The notes: a model not told the origin generated them from the sequence alone. 64,000 nucleotides of DNA from Anaerovoracaceae bacterium (GCA_050953405.1 JBMNMP010000003.1:183159-247158), one strand, 5' to 3'; numbered from the stretch's first letter, positions 46,064-56,612 are shown. Made by a program: numbers and translations.

Positions 46064-46627
46064 ATGTACTTGATAGTCGGCCTGGGCAATCCAGGCAGGG
46101 AGTACGCTCAGACCAGACACAACATGGGCTTTATAACCCTGGATCATCTGGCAGCACAGCTGGGCGTCGATATAAACAGAATAAAATTCAAATCTTTGGT
46201 CGGGGAGACGCGTCTTTCCGGCCAAAAAGTTGTGCTCTTAAAACCGCAGACATATATGAACAACAGCGGTGAAGCGGTGCGCGAAGCGGTCAGCTTTTAC
46301 AAGATCGAGCCGGAGAACCTGATAGTGGTTTATGACGATCTTGACATTGAACTGGGGACGCTGCGTATCAGAAAAAAAGGCAGCGCAGGCACGCACAACG
46401 GGATGCGGTCCGTGATCAGACTGCTAGGATTCGATAATTTCCCGCGTGTGAGAGTTGGTATCGGCAGCAACGGTGATACCGACATCATCAACTACGTGAT
46501 CGGCGGTTTCCGCAAGGAAGAGGTGGAGCCCCTGGAACGCGCAGTCGAACAGGCCTGCCGGGCATTGAAGTGCTATGTTGAATACGGAATAGAGAAAGCG
46601 ATGCAGGATTACAATGGCAAATGTTGA
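46064..46627 (+). CDS. pth: Peptidyl-tRNA hydrolase
   Basis: Motifs MYLIVGLGNPG..Y..TRHNMGF and GSAGTHNGMRS. Confidence 0.92.
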   Translation: MYLIVGLGNPGREYAQTRHNMGFITLDHLAAQLGVDINRIKFKSLVGETRLSGQKVVLLKPQTYMNNSGEAVREAVSFYKIEPENLIVVYDDLDIELGTLRIRKKGSAGTHNGMRSVIRLLGFDNFPRVRVGIGSNGDTDIINYVIGGFRKEEVEPLERAVEQACRALKCYVEYGIEKAMQDYNGKC

Positions 46628-49600
46628 CATATGCGGAGTATCCGACAGCCGCAGCGCAGAAGCTGCCGGCAGGATAATCAATGAAAAGGGAGGCCAGTGG
46701 CTCGTGGTTTCCCCGTCTCTGGCGGGGGCTTCGCGCATGGCCTCCGACCTTTCATTTTTTGTAAAGAAAAAAATATACCTGCTGCCGTACGACCAGGAGA
46801 CCTTCATAGGCTACGAAGCCAAGAACAGGGATGCGCTGACCGGCCGTCTGCGCGTGATGAAGGCGCTGCTGGACGATGAGGACTGCGTCATCTGTGCGCC
46901 CGCACAGGCGGCGATATGCAAGCTGCCGCCGGCGCAGACGATGAGATCGCAAATGTTCACGATCAGTGACGATGATGAAATATCGCTCAAAGAGGTGACT
47001 TCAAAACTGGTGGACATGGGGTACGAGCGCGTGCCCCTGGTTTATGCAGCGGGTCAGTTTTCCCTGCGCGGCGATATCCTCGATATTTTCACGCCCTACG
47101 GGGAAGCTCCCTTCCGCATAGAGCTGTTCGATACGGACGTGGAATCGATACGGACGTTCGATCCGGTTTCCCAGAGATCAGTGGAAAAAGTCACCGGACT
47201 GACGGTGGCCCCGGCGACGCTGATCGTGCGCGAGAAAGAATCCTTCTCGCGGGCGAAAGAAGGCATCGGCAAAGCTTACAGGAGACTGCCGGAGCGCCGT
47301 GATGAACTGCTGGACCTGATAGAAAATTTCAGCAGCACGCAGCATCTGGAAAATTATCTCGACTATTTTTATGAACACCCGCAGCACATCTGGGATTATA
47401 TGAAGAACGACGGCCGCATCATCGTCGATGATCCCAACCGCTCCTGGGAGAATCTCAAGGCCAATGGACAGGAGCTGGAAGCGGACTTCGAAGTATACAT
47501 GGAAAAGGGCCTCGTGGTGGCCGCGGATTTTGAGAAACAGCCGGGTGTTGCCGATCTGGAGGAAATGTACCGCGCCGGGGACACCTGGTTTCTGACGCCG
47601 TTTGCGCGGAATATTAAAGGCGTGGAGCAGCTGGACGAGCTGAAAAACGTCACCAGCAGACAGACTCTTTCGTACAACGGAAAACTGGAGATACTGGAAA
47701 AAGATCTGCACCGCTATCTCGACAATGCTTACAAGGTGACCATCGTATGTTCCACCGAGGACCGGATGCGCAATATGAAGGAATATCTTTCACACATCGG
47801 ACTGCGCCAGCAGATATGGGTCAAGGGCGGTAATCTTTCCGGTGGCATGGACCTGCCGGACGAAAAAATCTGCTATATAACGGACGGCGATATCTTCGGC
47901 ACTTACAAGAGAAAGCGCCGCCGCCGCAGGGCCGGCAGCGAGAACACCGAAGCCATCAAGAGCTTTTCTGAGATCAGGAAGGGCGACTTTGTGGTCCATG
48001 AAGCTCACGGTATCGGAAAGTACGAGGGCCTGGAACAGCTGACGGTGGCCGGTGAGGTCAGGGATTATCTCAAGGTGAAGTATGCAGGGAACGATATGCT
48101 CTACGTGCCTGCGGACCAGATGCACTTGATCCAAAAGTACGTGGGCGCCGATTCCACGGCGCCGAAGATCAACAAACTGTCGGGCAGCGAGTGGCGCACC
48201 ACCAAAGCCAAAGCCCGGGCCAGCGTGGCCAGCATGGCCAAGGAGCTGCTGGAGCTGAGTGCCGAGAGGGCGGCGGCGCCGGGATATGCATTTGAGCCGG
48301 ACACGGTATGGCAGAAGGAGTTCGAAGACAGCTTTCCTTACGAGGAGACTCCCGATCAGCTGCGCTGCATCGAGGAAATAAAGCGTGACATGGAAAAGCC
48401 GGAGGTCATGGACAGGCTGCTCTGCGGTGATGTGGGTTACGGCAAGACTGAGGTCGCCGCGCGCGCCATGTTCAAGTGCGCTGCCGAAGGCCGTCAGGTA
48501 GCCATGCTGGTGCCGACTACCGTGCTCGCCAGCCAGCATTATCACACACTCACAGAGCGTTTCGCGAAATTCCCGTTCACCATCGATGTGGTCAGCCGCT
48601 TCCGCACGCCTGCGGAACAGAAAAAGACCATAGAGGGCCTGAAGAAGGGAACGGTGGATATCGTGATCGGCACGCACCGCCTGCTGTCCTCCGACGTGGC
48701 TTTCAAAGATCTAGGGCTGCTGGTGGTCGATGAGGAACAGAGATTCGGCGTCGCTCACAAGGAAAAGATCAAAAAGATGCGCAAGAACGTGGACGTGCTC
48801 ACTTTGTCGGCGACACCGATCCCGCGCACCCTGCACCTTTCACTGCTGGGTATCCGCGACATGAGCCTGCTGGAGGAGCCGCCGGAGGAGCGCTATCCGG
48901 TACAGACATATGTGCTCGAGGAGGATGATCATGTGATCCGCGAAGCCATAGAGCGCGAGCTCGACCGCGGCGGACAGGTATACGTGATCCACAACAGGGT
49001 CAACGGCATACACCGGATCGCGGACAAGATAGACAAGCTGGTCCCCGGCAGGCGCATCGTGGTCTGCCATGGGCGCATGAGTGAGACGGCTCTGGAGGAT
49101 TCCATGATGGCTTTTGTCAACGGTGAAGCCGATATCCTGGTGGCCACGACTATAATAGAAAACGGGATCGACATACCGAACGTGAACACTGTGATCGTCA
49201 TTGATGCCGACAAATTCGGCCTCTCACAGCTGTATCAGCTGCGTGGCCGGGTGGGCAGATCTACCCGCCTGGCTTATGCCTATCTGATGCACAGGCCCGG
49301 CAAGGTGCTTAGCGAGGTGGCCGAAAAGAGGCTCAAAGCCATCAAGGACTTTACCGAGTTCGGTGCCGGCTTTAAGATTGCGATGCGGGATCTGGAGATA
49401 CGCGGTGCCGGAAATCTGCTGGGCCGTGAGCAGCACGGCCACATGGTGAACGTGGGCTATGAACTCTACAGCAAGATGGTCGATGATGCCGTGAGAGCCC
49501 TGCGCGGGGAGACCGTCCGCAGCGAGGATAAGGAAGCTACCATAGATATGAAGCTGCCGGCTTATATACCCGACTGGTACATACATGATGAAGAGGTCAA

Positions 49601-49898
49601 GCTGTCGATGTACAAGAAAATCGCGGCTGTGAGCAGCGAAGAAGACCAGAAAGCCATGATGGAGGAGCTCGACGACCGCTTTGGCAGTGTGCCTGCGGAG
49701 ACCAGAAATCTGATGCTGGTTTCCCGCATCCGGACCCTGGCGGAGGAGCTGGACGTGCGCAAAGTCATCATCCAGAAAAAGAGGGCTGTCTTGAATTATG
49801 ACAAGAAACTGAAGATGCGTCCCCAGGCGATCTTCCTCGAGAGCGGGGGCAATCCGCTGGATGAACTGCTGGATGTGATGACTGTGATGATAAGGTGA
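46614..49898 (+). CDS. mfd: Transcription-repair coupling factor Mfd
   Basis: 1094 aa. CarD-like region (GDFVVHEAHGIGKY), SF2 helicase motifs (GDVGYGKTEVA, VDEEQRFG, LSATPIPRT), and TRG motif (LYQLRGRVGRS). Confidence 0.92.
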   Translation: MANVDICGVSDSRSAEAAGRIINEKGGQWLVVSPSLAGASRMASDLSFFVKKKIYLLPYDQETFIGYEAKNRDALTGRLRVMKALLDDEDCVICAPAQAAICKLPPAQTMRSQMFTISDDDEISLKEVTSKLVDMGYERVPLVYAAGQFSLRGDILDIFTPYGEAPFRIELFDTDVESIRTFDPVSQRSVEKVTGLTVAPATLIVREKESFSRAKEGIGKAYRRLPERRDELLDLIENFSSTQHLENYLDYFYEHPQHIWDYMKNDGRIIVDDPNRSWENLKANGQELEADFEVYMEKGLVVAADFEKQPGVADLEEMYRAGDTWFLTPFARNIKGVEQLDELKNVTSRQTLSYNGKLEILEKDLHRYLDNAYKVTIVCSTEDRMRNMKEYLSHIGLRQQIWVKGGNLSGGMDLPDEKICYITDGDIFGTYKRKRRRRRAGSENTEAIKSFSEIRKGDFVVHEAHGIGKYEGLEQLTVAGEVRDYLKVKYAGNDMLYVPADQMHLIQKYVGADSTAPKINKLSGSEWRTTKAKARASVASMAKELLELSAERAAAPGYAFEPDTVWQKEFEDSFPYEETPDQLRCIEEIKRDMEKPEVMDRLLCGDVGYGKTEVAARAMFKCAAEGRQVAMLVPTTVLASQHYHTLTERFAKFPFTIDVVSRFRTPAEQKKTIEGLKKGTVDIVIGTHRLLSSDVAFKDLGLLVVDEEQRFGVAHKEKIKKMRKNVDVLTLSATPIPRTLHLSLLGIRDMSLLEEPPEERYPVQTYVLEEDDHVIREAIERELDRGGQVYVIHNRVNGIHRIADKIDKLVPGRRIVVCHGRMSETALEDSMMAFVNGEADILVATTIIENGIDIPNVNTVIVIDADKFGLSQLYQLRGRVGRSTRLAYAYLMHRPGKVLSEVAEKRLKAIKDFTEFGAGFKIAMRDLEIRGAGNLLGREQHGHMVNVGYELYSKMVDDAVRALRGETVRSEDKEATIDMKLPAYIPDWYIHDEEVKLSMYKKIAAVSSEEDQKAMMEELDDRFGSVPAETRNLMLVSRIRTLAEELDVRKVIIQKKRAVLNYDKKLKMRPQAIFLESGGNPLDELLDVMTVMIR

Positions 49899-49996
49899 CG
49901 ATTTTGTAATTTTCCTATTGACAATTGGTACCTTTCGCCATAGAATAAGAAAGTATTTTAACACGAGGGATTGCTGTGGAAAGGAGAGTGTCTCTT

Positions 49997-50113
49997 ATGA
50001 GTCTCTGGATACTGGCAATTGTGATTCTGGTGGTCTGTACGATAGCATCGGCTACCAGCAAAAAAGTGTATGTGAAGAAGACGAAAGACACTGAAGATAG
50101 GAAAACTGAATAA
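49997..50113 (+). CDS. Possible 38-aa single-TM small protein
   Basis: Hand-translated: MSLWILAIVILVVCTIASATSKKVYVKKTKDTEDRKTE. RBS AAGGAGAG about 8 nt upstream. A hairpin with a T8 run follows at about 50128-50170. Not in the supplied ORF track, which has a 60-aa cutoff. Confidence 0.35.
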   Translation: MSLWILAIVILVVCTIASATSKKVYVKKTKDTEDRKTE

Positions 50114-50211
50114 TATGATTACTATGAAAAGCCCTTGGTGCTGCAGTTTGCCGCCGGGGGCTTTTTTTTAAGGAAGGAAGCTGTTATACTGTTTGAGGCA
50201 AGGAGGTAATT

Positions 50212-51510
50212 ATGCTATTCAAGAGTATTAAGATCATAGATGAGAATTTTGCCGTCCGCGATGACATGTATGTCGGCGTGAAGGACGACAAGATCGATTA
50301 TATAGGAACTGAACGCCCGGCAGCTGACTACGGCGACGAATACGACGGCAGGGGAAAACTGCTGATGCCGGGCTTTTACAATGCGCACGCGCATTCGCCG
50401 ATGACTCTGATGAGGGGCTACGGAGAGAATCTGGCCCTGCAGTCATGGCTCAACGACAGGATATTCCCGTTCGAGGCGGAGCTCAACGGTGATGCCGTAT
50501 ACTGGGGAACAAAGCTGGCGATGGCGGAATCCGTGGCCAATGGAATCGTTTCCACAACTGATATGTACTACTTTACGGATGAAATGGTGGCCGCTTATCT
50601 GGACAGCGGATGCAAGGGGAACATCTCCCGCTCGATCACCAACTTCCTGGATGAAGATATCTTCGACATGGATGCCGGAAAAGAAATGAAGAAGGCCTTC
50701 GAAGACCACCACATGGCCGGCGACGGCAAGATCAGGATAGACATGAGTCTGCACGCGGAGTACACTTCGACGCCGAAGACGGTCAGACAGCTGGCGGAGT
50801 ACACCAGATCGATAGGTGCCAACCAGCATGTACATGTTTCCGAGACGCAGACGGAGCACCGCGAGTGCATCGAAAGGCACGGCAAGACGCCGGTAGCTTA
50901 TCTGGCGGAGAACGGTCTTTTCGATACGCCGACTACGGCGGCCCACTGCGTATGGATCGAGGGCGAAGACTACGACATCCTCAAGGACAAGGGGGTCACT
51001 GTGGCCGTCAACCCGGTCAGCAACCTCAAGCTGGCGAGCGGTGTCTGCAATGTGCAGGCGCTGCTGGACAGGGGCATCAATGTGGCCATAGGCACTGACA
51101 GCGTTGCTTCGAACAACAGTCTCGATTTTCTGGAAGAGATGAAAGTGTTTGCAATCGCGAGCAAGGCGCGTTACAATAATCCGGTCGTGGTCACGCCGCT
51201 GGACACTGTGAAAGCGGCCACCAGAGGCGGCGCTCTTTCTCAGGGCAGAAAGGACTGCGGCCTGATCAAAGAGGGGTTCAAGGCGGATCTGCTGGTGCTG
51301 GATATCAGCGGGCCCAACATGCACCCCGTTCACGATCTGTTGAACAACATCGTCTACAGCGCCAATGCTTCGAACATCAGGATGACGATGATCGACGGCA
51401 GGGTCCTCTACAAAGATGGAGAATATACGACGATCGATGTAGAGAAGACGATATACAACGTTGAAAAAGCAACTGGCAGGATATTGTCCATCCTGGCGGA
51501 GGGAAAATGA
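50212..51510 (+). CDS. mtaD: Amidohydrolase, MtaD-like 5'-methylthioadenosine/S-adenosylhomocysteine deaminase
   Basis: Motifs PGFYNAHAHSPMTLMRG, HVHVSET, IGTDSVASNN. Confidence 0.8.
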   Translation: MLFKSIKIIDENFAVRDDMYVGVKDDKIDYIGTERPAADYGDEYDGRGKLLMPGFYNAHAHSPMTLMRGYGENLALQSWLNDRIFPFEAELNGDAVYWGTKLAMAESVANGIVSTTDMYYFTDEMVAAYLDSGCKGNISRSITNFLDEDIFDMDAGKEMKKAFEDHHMAGDGKIRIDMSLHAEYTSTPKTVRQLAEYTRSIGANQHVHVSETQTEHRECIERHGKTPVAYLAENGLFDTPTTAAHCVWIEGEDYDILKDKGVTVAVNPVSNLKLASGVCNVQALLDRGINVAIGTDSVASNNSLDFLEEMKVFAIASKARYNNPVVVTPLDTVKAATRGGALSQGRKDCGLIKEGFKADLLVLDISGPNMHPVHDLLNNIVYSANASNIRMTMIDGRVLYKDGEYTTIDVEKTIYNVEKATGRILSILAEGK

Positions 51511-53156
51511 GCAAGAAATCATTTATAAGGGGTGCGGCTATACTGGGAGCCGCAGGGATCATGGTAAAGGTGCTGGGCGCCGTTTATCAGATCCCCTTCA
51601 CCCAGATGATCGGTGCGGACGGAATGGCCGCATACAAGCCGGCCTATGATGTGTATACGGTCTTCATCGTTATTGCCACTTCCGGCATACCGGTGGCCGT
51701 ATCCCGCATGGTGTCCGAGAGGATCATCGTGGGTAATTTTGAGGGAGGACACAGGGTGTTCCATATGTCCTTCCGTCTCATGCTGATAATCGGAGTCATT
51801 TCGGCAGCCATCATGTACTTTGGAGCGGATTTCATCGCACGGATATCGGGGGTCGCGGAGAGTGCGCTCTCCATGCGGACCATAGCTCCGGCGCTGATAG
51901 TGGTGCCCGTGATGGCGGCATTCCGCGGTTATTATCAGGGACAGCAGAACATGAAGCCGACGGCACTGTCGCAGGTGGTCGAGCAGGTGTTCCGCGTCAT
52001 CTTCGGTCTGGTCACTGCTTATGTACTCTATAATTCCGTGATCGGACTGTTCGCATCGCAGTCGGCGGGCGCACGCGGCGCGGCCGGCGGAGCTTTCGGG
52101 GCTACCATGGGCTCTATCGGCGGACTGGCAGTGATGGCCCTGGTATACATTCTCGACAGGAAGCATATCAAGTCGCGGGTGGCGCGCAGTGAAAACGTGG
52201 AACCCGAGAGCAACAAAGAGATCCTCAAGAAGATTCTCTGGTTCGCGGTGCCCATCACGCTGGGGGCCTGCATCGCTCCCATTATGAGTTACCTGGACGC
52301 ACCGATCGTGAACTCGCGGCTGGTGGCTACCGGCTGGGCGGTGGATGTAGCCAAGAATCTGTACGGTCAGATCGGCGCCTATGTATCGCCGCTGGTAAAT
52401 CTGCCGCAGGCGCTCTCGATGGCTCTTTCAATGAGCCTGGTACCTCTCATATCATCGGCACACAAGACCAATGATATAGAAAGCATGCATTCGAACACCT
52501 CGCTGGCGGTGAGAGTGTCCGTGATGATCGGTATGCCGTGTGCAGCCGGCATGGCCGTGCTCGCGGAGCCGATACTGCTGCTGCTGTATTCCGGCCGTTC
52601 GGCGGAAGCTATCAATGCGGTGCCTACACTGGCGATATGGGCGATCAGCATCGTGTTTGTTTCCATCGTGCAGACCGTTTCCGGTATCCTCCAGGGTCTC
52701 GGCAAACAGTTCATACCGGTGCGCAATATGATAATCGGCATCGTGATCAAGGTAGTCCTCACATACATCCTGGTAGGGGTACACAGCCTCAACATCAAGG
52801 GAGCCGCCATAGCCACGCTGATCACTTATGTGGTGGTCGCCTCTCTGGATATGCACGCGACCAGGAAACACACCGGCGCCCGCATAGACATCAAGCTTAC
52901 TTACATCAAGCCGCTGATAGCGACCGTCGTTATGGCCGCTGCGGCCTGGGGCGTGAACATGCTGCTGGCCGGCGGCGAGGTGACCCCGCACAACCTGATG
53001 GACAAGATCGCCTGTCTGGTCGCTGTAGTCGTGGCCGTCATCGTATACGCGGTGATGCTGCTGGTGACCAAGAGCATCGAACGCCGCGACCTTGAGAGTT
53101 TCAGCGCGGGTCAGAAAATGCTGAAGCTGGTTGACAGATTAGGGATAAAGTTATGA
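51507..53156 (+). CDS. MOP-superfamily flippase (SpoVB/YabM-like polysaccharide biosynthesis protein)
   Basis: 549 aa, about 14 TM helices. N-terminal SFIRGAAILGAAGIMVKVLGAVYQIPF is typical of the family. Confidence 0.8.
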   Translation: MSKKSFIRGAAILGAAGIMVKVLGAVYQIPFTQMIGADGMAAYKPAYDVYTVFIVIATSGIPVAVSRMVSERIIVGNFEGGHRVFHMSFRLMLIIGVISAAIMYFGADFIARISGVAESALSMRTIAPALIVVPVMAAFRGYYQGQQNMKPTALSQVVEQVFRVIFGLVTAYVLYNSVIGLFASQSAGARGAAGGAFGATMGSIGGLAVMALVYILDRKHIKSRVARSENVEPESNKEILKKILWFAVPITLGACIAPIMSYLDAPIVNSRLVATGWAVDVAKNLYGQIGAYVSPLVNLPQALSMALSMSLVPLISSAHKTNDIESMHSNTSLAVRVSVMIGMPCAAGMAVLAEPILLLLYSGRSAEAINAVPTLAIWAISIVFVSIVQTVSGILQGLGKQFIPVRNMIIGIVIKVVLTYILVGVHSLNIKGAAIATLITYVVVASLDMHATRKHTGARIDIKLTYIKPLIATVVMAAAAWGVNMLLAGGEVTPHNLMDKIACLVAVVVAVIVYAVMLLVTKSIERRDLESFSAGQKMLKLVDRLGIKL

Positions 53157-53971
53157 TAACGGTAGAAGAATACAAATATCTGGACAAAAAAGCAGAGACG
53201 CGCGGTGAAGCTATCGCGCGTCTTGATGACATAGTGCACGTGCTGCGCATAAAATGCCCCTGGGACCGGGAGCAGGATCACAAGAGCCTCAGAAAGGGAA
53301 TGATCGAGGAAGCTTATGAGGTGGTGGATGCCATCAACAAGGAGGACCTCGCAAATCTCAGGGAAGAGCTGGGAGATGTTCTGCTGCAGGTGGTCTTCCA
53401 TGCCGTTCTCTGTGATGAAAGTGACGAATTCACGCTCACCGATGTCATAAATGAGGAATGCGAAAAAATGATACGCCGCCATCCCCATGTTTTTTTATCT
53501 GAAGAAGCTAAAACAGTTGACAAAGTACTTGAAAAATGGGAGAATATCAAGGTAAAAGAGCACCATACGACATCTTATACGGAACGTTTGAAGGCCGTGC
53601 CTGATGCACTCCCGGCGTTGCTGCGCAGCAGCAAAATACAAAAACGTGCAGCGGAGGCAGGGTTCGACTGGGAGGATTCCAGAGGTGCTTTTGAGAAATT
53701 ATCCGAAGAAACTGAAGAACTAATCGAAGCTTACAATGGTTCAGACAGCGCGGCTATCGAAGAGGAATTGGGGGATCTGCTGTTTTCGGCAGTAAATGTA
53801 TCACGTTTTCTCGATGTGGACCCCGAAGAGGCTCTCCGGCGGGCGGCTGACAAATTCGTCAGGCGGTTTGAACAAGTTGAAACTTTGGCTGAACGATCCG
53901 GTAGACATATGAGCTTCATGGATCTGCAGGAGTTGGATGCCCTGTGGGACGAAGTCAAAAATAATGAGTAG
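53153..53971 (+). CDS. mazG: Nucleoside triphosphate pyrophosphohydrolase MazG
   Basis: Tandem MazG domains: CPWDREQDHKSLRKGMIEEAYEV...EELGDVLLQV, and a second EELGDLLF. Confidence 0.88.
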   Translation: MITVEEYKYLDKKAETRGEAIARLDDIVHVLRIKCPWDREQDHKSLRKGMIEEAYEVVDAINKEDLANLREELGDVLLQVVFHAVLCDESDEFTLTDVINEECEKMIRRHPHVFLSEEAKTVDKVLEKWENIKVKEHHTTSYTERLKAVPDALPALLRSSKIQKRAAEAGFDWEDSRGAFEKLSEETEELIEAYNGSDSAAIEEELGDLLFSAVNVSRFLDVDPEEALRRAADKFVRRFEQVETLAERSGRHMSFMDLQELDALWDEVKNNE

Positions 53972-54023
53972 TTTCTGAGGGGGAATATGTCGTAGCATTA
54001 TTAGTTTTAAGGAGGAATTGCTA

Positions 54024-54302
54024 ATGAACAAAGCTGAATTGATCGCTGCAGTAGCGGAGAAGACAGGATTCACTAAGAAAGATGCAGAAAATGCAGTTAA
54101 CGCAACGATGGGAGTTATAGAGGACACTCTGAAGCAGGGTGAAAAGGTACAGCTGATCGGTTTCGGAACATTTGAGGTTCGCCAGAGAAAGGCAAGGACC
54201 GGAAGGAACCCGAGAAAGCCTGGTGAAACAATTCAGATCGCAGCCAGCAAGGCACCTGTTTTCAAGGCAGGTAAGGCTCTGAAGGATTCAGTTAACAAAT
54301 AA
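54024..54302 (+). CDS. hup: DNA-binding protein HU
   Basis: [22 protein letters not shown]...[34 protein letters not shown]. Confidence 0.92.
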   Translation: MNKAELIAAVAEKTGFTKKDAENAVNATMGVIEDTLKQGEKVQLIGFGTFEVRQRKARTGRNPRKPGETIQIAASKAPVFKAGKALKDSVNK

Positions 54303-54380
54303 GAGGCTGATATAAAATGAAATCTAAGGGCAGCTGCGAAGGTTGCCCTTTTTGATTGTCACATGTAGAAGAGGAGAAGC

Positions 54381-54623
54381 ATGAGAATAGACAAATTCCT
54401 GAAGAATTCGCGGCTCATAAAGAGACGCTCGGTGGCCAAGGAGGCCTGTGACGGCGGCCGCATATCGATAAACGGAAAGACAGCAAAGGCGGGCAGCGAT
54501 GTCGAAGTGGGAGACGTGATCAACATCCGCTTCGGCACAAAAGAAATCGCAGCACGCGTCTTTGAACTGAAGGAATCTCAGCGCAAGGAAGATGCTGCGA
54601 ATATGTACGAAATTATCGGCTGA
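54381..54623 (+). CDS. S4-domain RNA-binding protein (YabO/Hsp15-like)
   Basis: MRIDKFLKNSRLIKRRSVAKEACDGGRISINGKTAK is an S4 motif. Confidence 0.85.
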   Translation: MRIDKFLKNSRLIKRRSVAKEACDGGRISINGKTAKAGSDVEVGDVINIRFGTKEIAARVFELKESQRKEDAANMYEIIG

Positions 54624-54632
54624 AGCGCCGCT

Positions 54633-55181
54633 CTATTTGCTCAGCGGCCTGGTGCCCGCGAGGAGGCCTGTAGCCGCAAGGGCCGGGATGCGCGGCAGTA
54701 CCTGCTTTCCGACAAAGGTGATCAGTGCTGTTTCGATCGGCAGCATGACTGCTGCTTTGATCAGTCTCGTGGGAATAAGGGCCCATACGCCGTCGCCCAT
54801 GAGTATCGAGAGCCAGAACGTATCCAGACACAGATTCAGCAGCAGCACGACGACAGCCGCAGCCGCCAGAGATCTCGGCCAGCTGATGGGATGTTTGTAC
54901 AACAGCAGGCCAAAGGCCAGTCCGGTGAGGAAGGCCGTGGCCGTGAAGCCGGGGAAGTAAGCTCCCGTAGGGAACAGCAGCATGCCGAGGATGTCGCCGA
55001 CAGCATAGCAGGCTCCGGCCCACAGAGGGCCGTAGAGCATTGCGTTGATGGCAACCGGCAGGAAGCCGAAGCCGATGCGCAGTATCGGTGTGTTGATGGA
55101 CAGAAATCTGGTGAGTATTATCTCCAGAGCGACCAGAAAGGCCATCACGATCAATTGAGTAGTAAACGATTTTCTTTTCAT
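54633..55181 (-). CDS. folT: Folate-family ECF transporter S component
   Basis: 182-aa membrane protein (ALEIILTRFLSI...GFGFLP). Preceded by a THF riboswitch. Confidence 0.8.
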   Translation of the reverse strand: MKRKSFTTQLIVMAFLVALEIILTRFLSINTPILRIGFGFLPVAINAMLYGPLWAGACYAVGDILGMLLFPTGAYFPGFTATAFLTGLAFGLLLYKHPISWPRSLAAAAVVVLLLNLCLDTFWLSILMGDGVWALIPTRLIKAAVMLPIETALITFVGKQVLPRIPALAATGLLAGTRPLSK

Positions 55182-55251
55182 TAAAAAACTCCTTTCTATA
55201 GTTGTAGTGCATTGCTACACTAAAGAAGGAGCTGATTCTCTTATCCTTAAT

Positions 55252-55347
55252 GTAGTAGCGGACGCAATACCGCATCGCAAGCTCGTTGCTTTTCGTCCAC
55301 AGGCTACATCCCATCCTGAGGCACGTAACGCACGGTATTTACTCTAC
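55252..55347 (-). ncRNA. THF (tetrahydrofolate) riboswitch
   Basis: The minus strand reads GTAGAGTAAATACCGTGCGTTACGTGCC...GGATGGGATGTAGCC...GGACGAAAAGC...GCGGTATTGCGTCCGCTACTAC. This matches the recalled THF-I consensus blocks (AGAGTAG..CGCGTTA..GGGATG..ACGAAGC..GCATCCGCT). It lies in the 5' leader of folT. Confidence 0.75.
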
Positions 55348-55409
55348 AAGAAAGAGTATAGCACAAGCTGTTCTTGAAGGCAATATTTCGATTTGATATA
55401 CTGTTATCT

Positions 55410-56564
55410 ATGGACCTGCAAAAGCAATACATGAGCGTGTATACGTTCACATATGCGGCTGTCGGGGTGCTGAGCACTCTCATCAGTCAGTATCTCGACG
55501 GGATCGGGTTTTCGGGTGCGGAAATAGGCACGATCACCGCGGCAGGGACTTTTGTTTCTATTTTTGCGACCGCGTTCTGGGGCAAGGTTTACAGCGCCAG
55601 CCGCAGCAAACACATGACTGTCATGCTGATGCTGCTGGCGGCGGCCGGGATAGCCCTGATCGTGATGAACGTGAAAGCCTATCCGCTGTTCCTCCTGCTG
55701 TTCGGCGCGATGTACTTTTTCCAGTCACCGGCGATGTCACTGTCGGATGCGCTCTGCCTCGATGACGGGCAGATGTTCGGCAGCGTGAGGACTTTCGGAG
55801 CCATCGGCTTTGCCGCGGCTTCCTTCATCGGTGCTTATATTGCTCAGAAGACAGGTCTGCGCTGGATCTTCCCCATGTATGTCGTCTGCTACCTGGCAGC
55901 GGCTGCCTTCATATTTTCAATAGACCGCAGGAAACGGGCCGCCGGAGGCGGCTCGCAGGAAGAGGCCGCAGAAGAGAAAAAAACAAGGGGCGGATATCTG
56001 CAGCTGCTGCACAATCGCAAATACGTGATGCTGGTGCTGAGCGCTTTTTTCATCTACGGGCCTAACATTGCACACAATACATATTTCAGCTTTCTTTATC
56101 TGAAGGGCGGCGGCGAGCTGGCGGGAGTCGGGCTGGCCTTCTTCCTGATGGCGGAGAGCGAGGCACCCGTGATGGCCTGGACTACGTGGCTGGAGGAGAA
56201 AATCACCGTTGAAAAGCTGCTGCTGATCGCGATGATCGTTTCCATAGCCAGATTCTGCTGGTACGGCAGTCAGCCTCCGTACTATCTGCTGCTGGCGCTG
56301 TTCTTCACGCAGGGGATCGTCAACGGGATCATACTGGTCGAATTCATCAGGTATGTGCACATCCTGGTCGGCCGCGAACAGAGCGGCGTAGGCATAGCAG
56401 CTTACTATGCGTTCCTCAGCTGCAGCACCATCAGCTGCCAGCTGATCGGCGGCGTCGTGCTCGATGACTTCGGAGCCGGCGGCGTCTATCTCTTCTTTGC
56501 CGGCTTCAATGTCATCGGACTGGTGCTTCACCTTGCATTTGGATTGCACAGAAAGAAACAGTAG
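55410..56564 (+). CDS. MFS transporter
   Basis: About 12 TM helices. The start is uncertain (TTG 55374, ATG 55410 or ATG 55431). Confidence 0.7.
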   Translation: MDLQKQYMSVYTFTYAAVGVLSTLISQYLDGIGFSGAEIGTITAAGTFVSIFATAFWGKVYSASRSKHMTVMLMLLAAAGIALIVMNVKAYPLFLLLFGAMYFFQSPAMSLSDALCLDDGQMFGSVRTFGAIGFAAASFIGAYIAQKTGLRWIFPMYVVCYLAAAAFIFSIDRRKRAAGGGSQEEAAEEKKTRGGYLQLLHNRKYVMLVLSAFFIYGPNIAHNTYFSFLYLKGGGELAGVGLAFFLMAESEAPVMAWTTWLEEKITVEKLLLIAMIVSIARFCWYGSQPPYYLLLALFFTQGIVNGIILVEFIRYVHILVGREQSGVGIAAYYAFLSCSTISCQLIGGVVLDDFGAGGVYLFFAGFNVIGLVLHLAFGLHRKKQ

Positions 56565-56612
56565 TGCTATAATGAAGTCCTGTTTACGGGAAATCAAAAG
56601 GAGAAGGATTGC

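Noticed and set aside
46614-49898. The only ORF over 1000 aa in the window, considered as a possible displaced cas12a
   Set aside because: It is unambiguously Mfd, with a CarD-like domain, SF2 helicase motifs and a TRG motif. It also sits in the conserved pth-mfd context.
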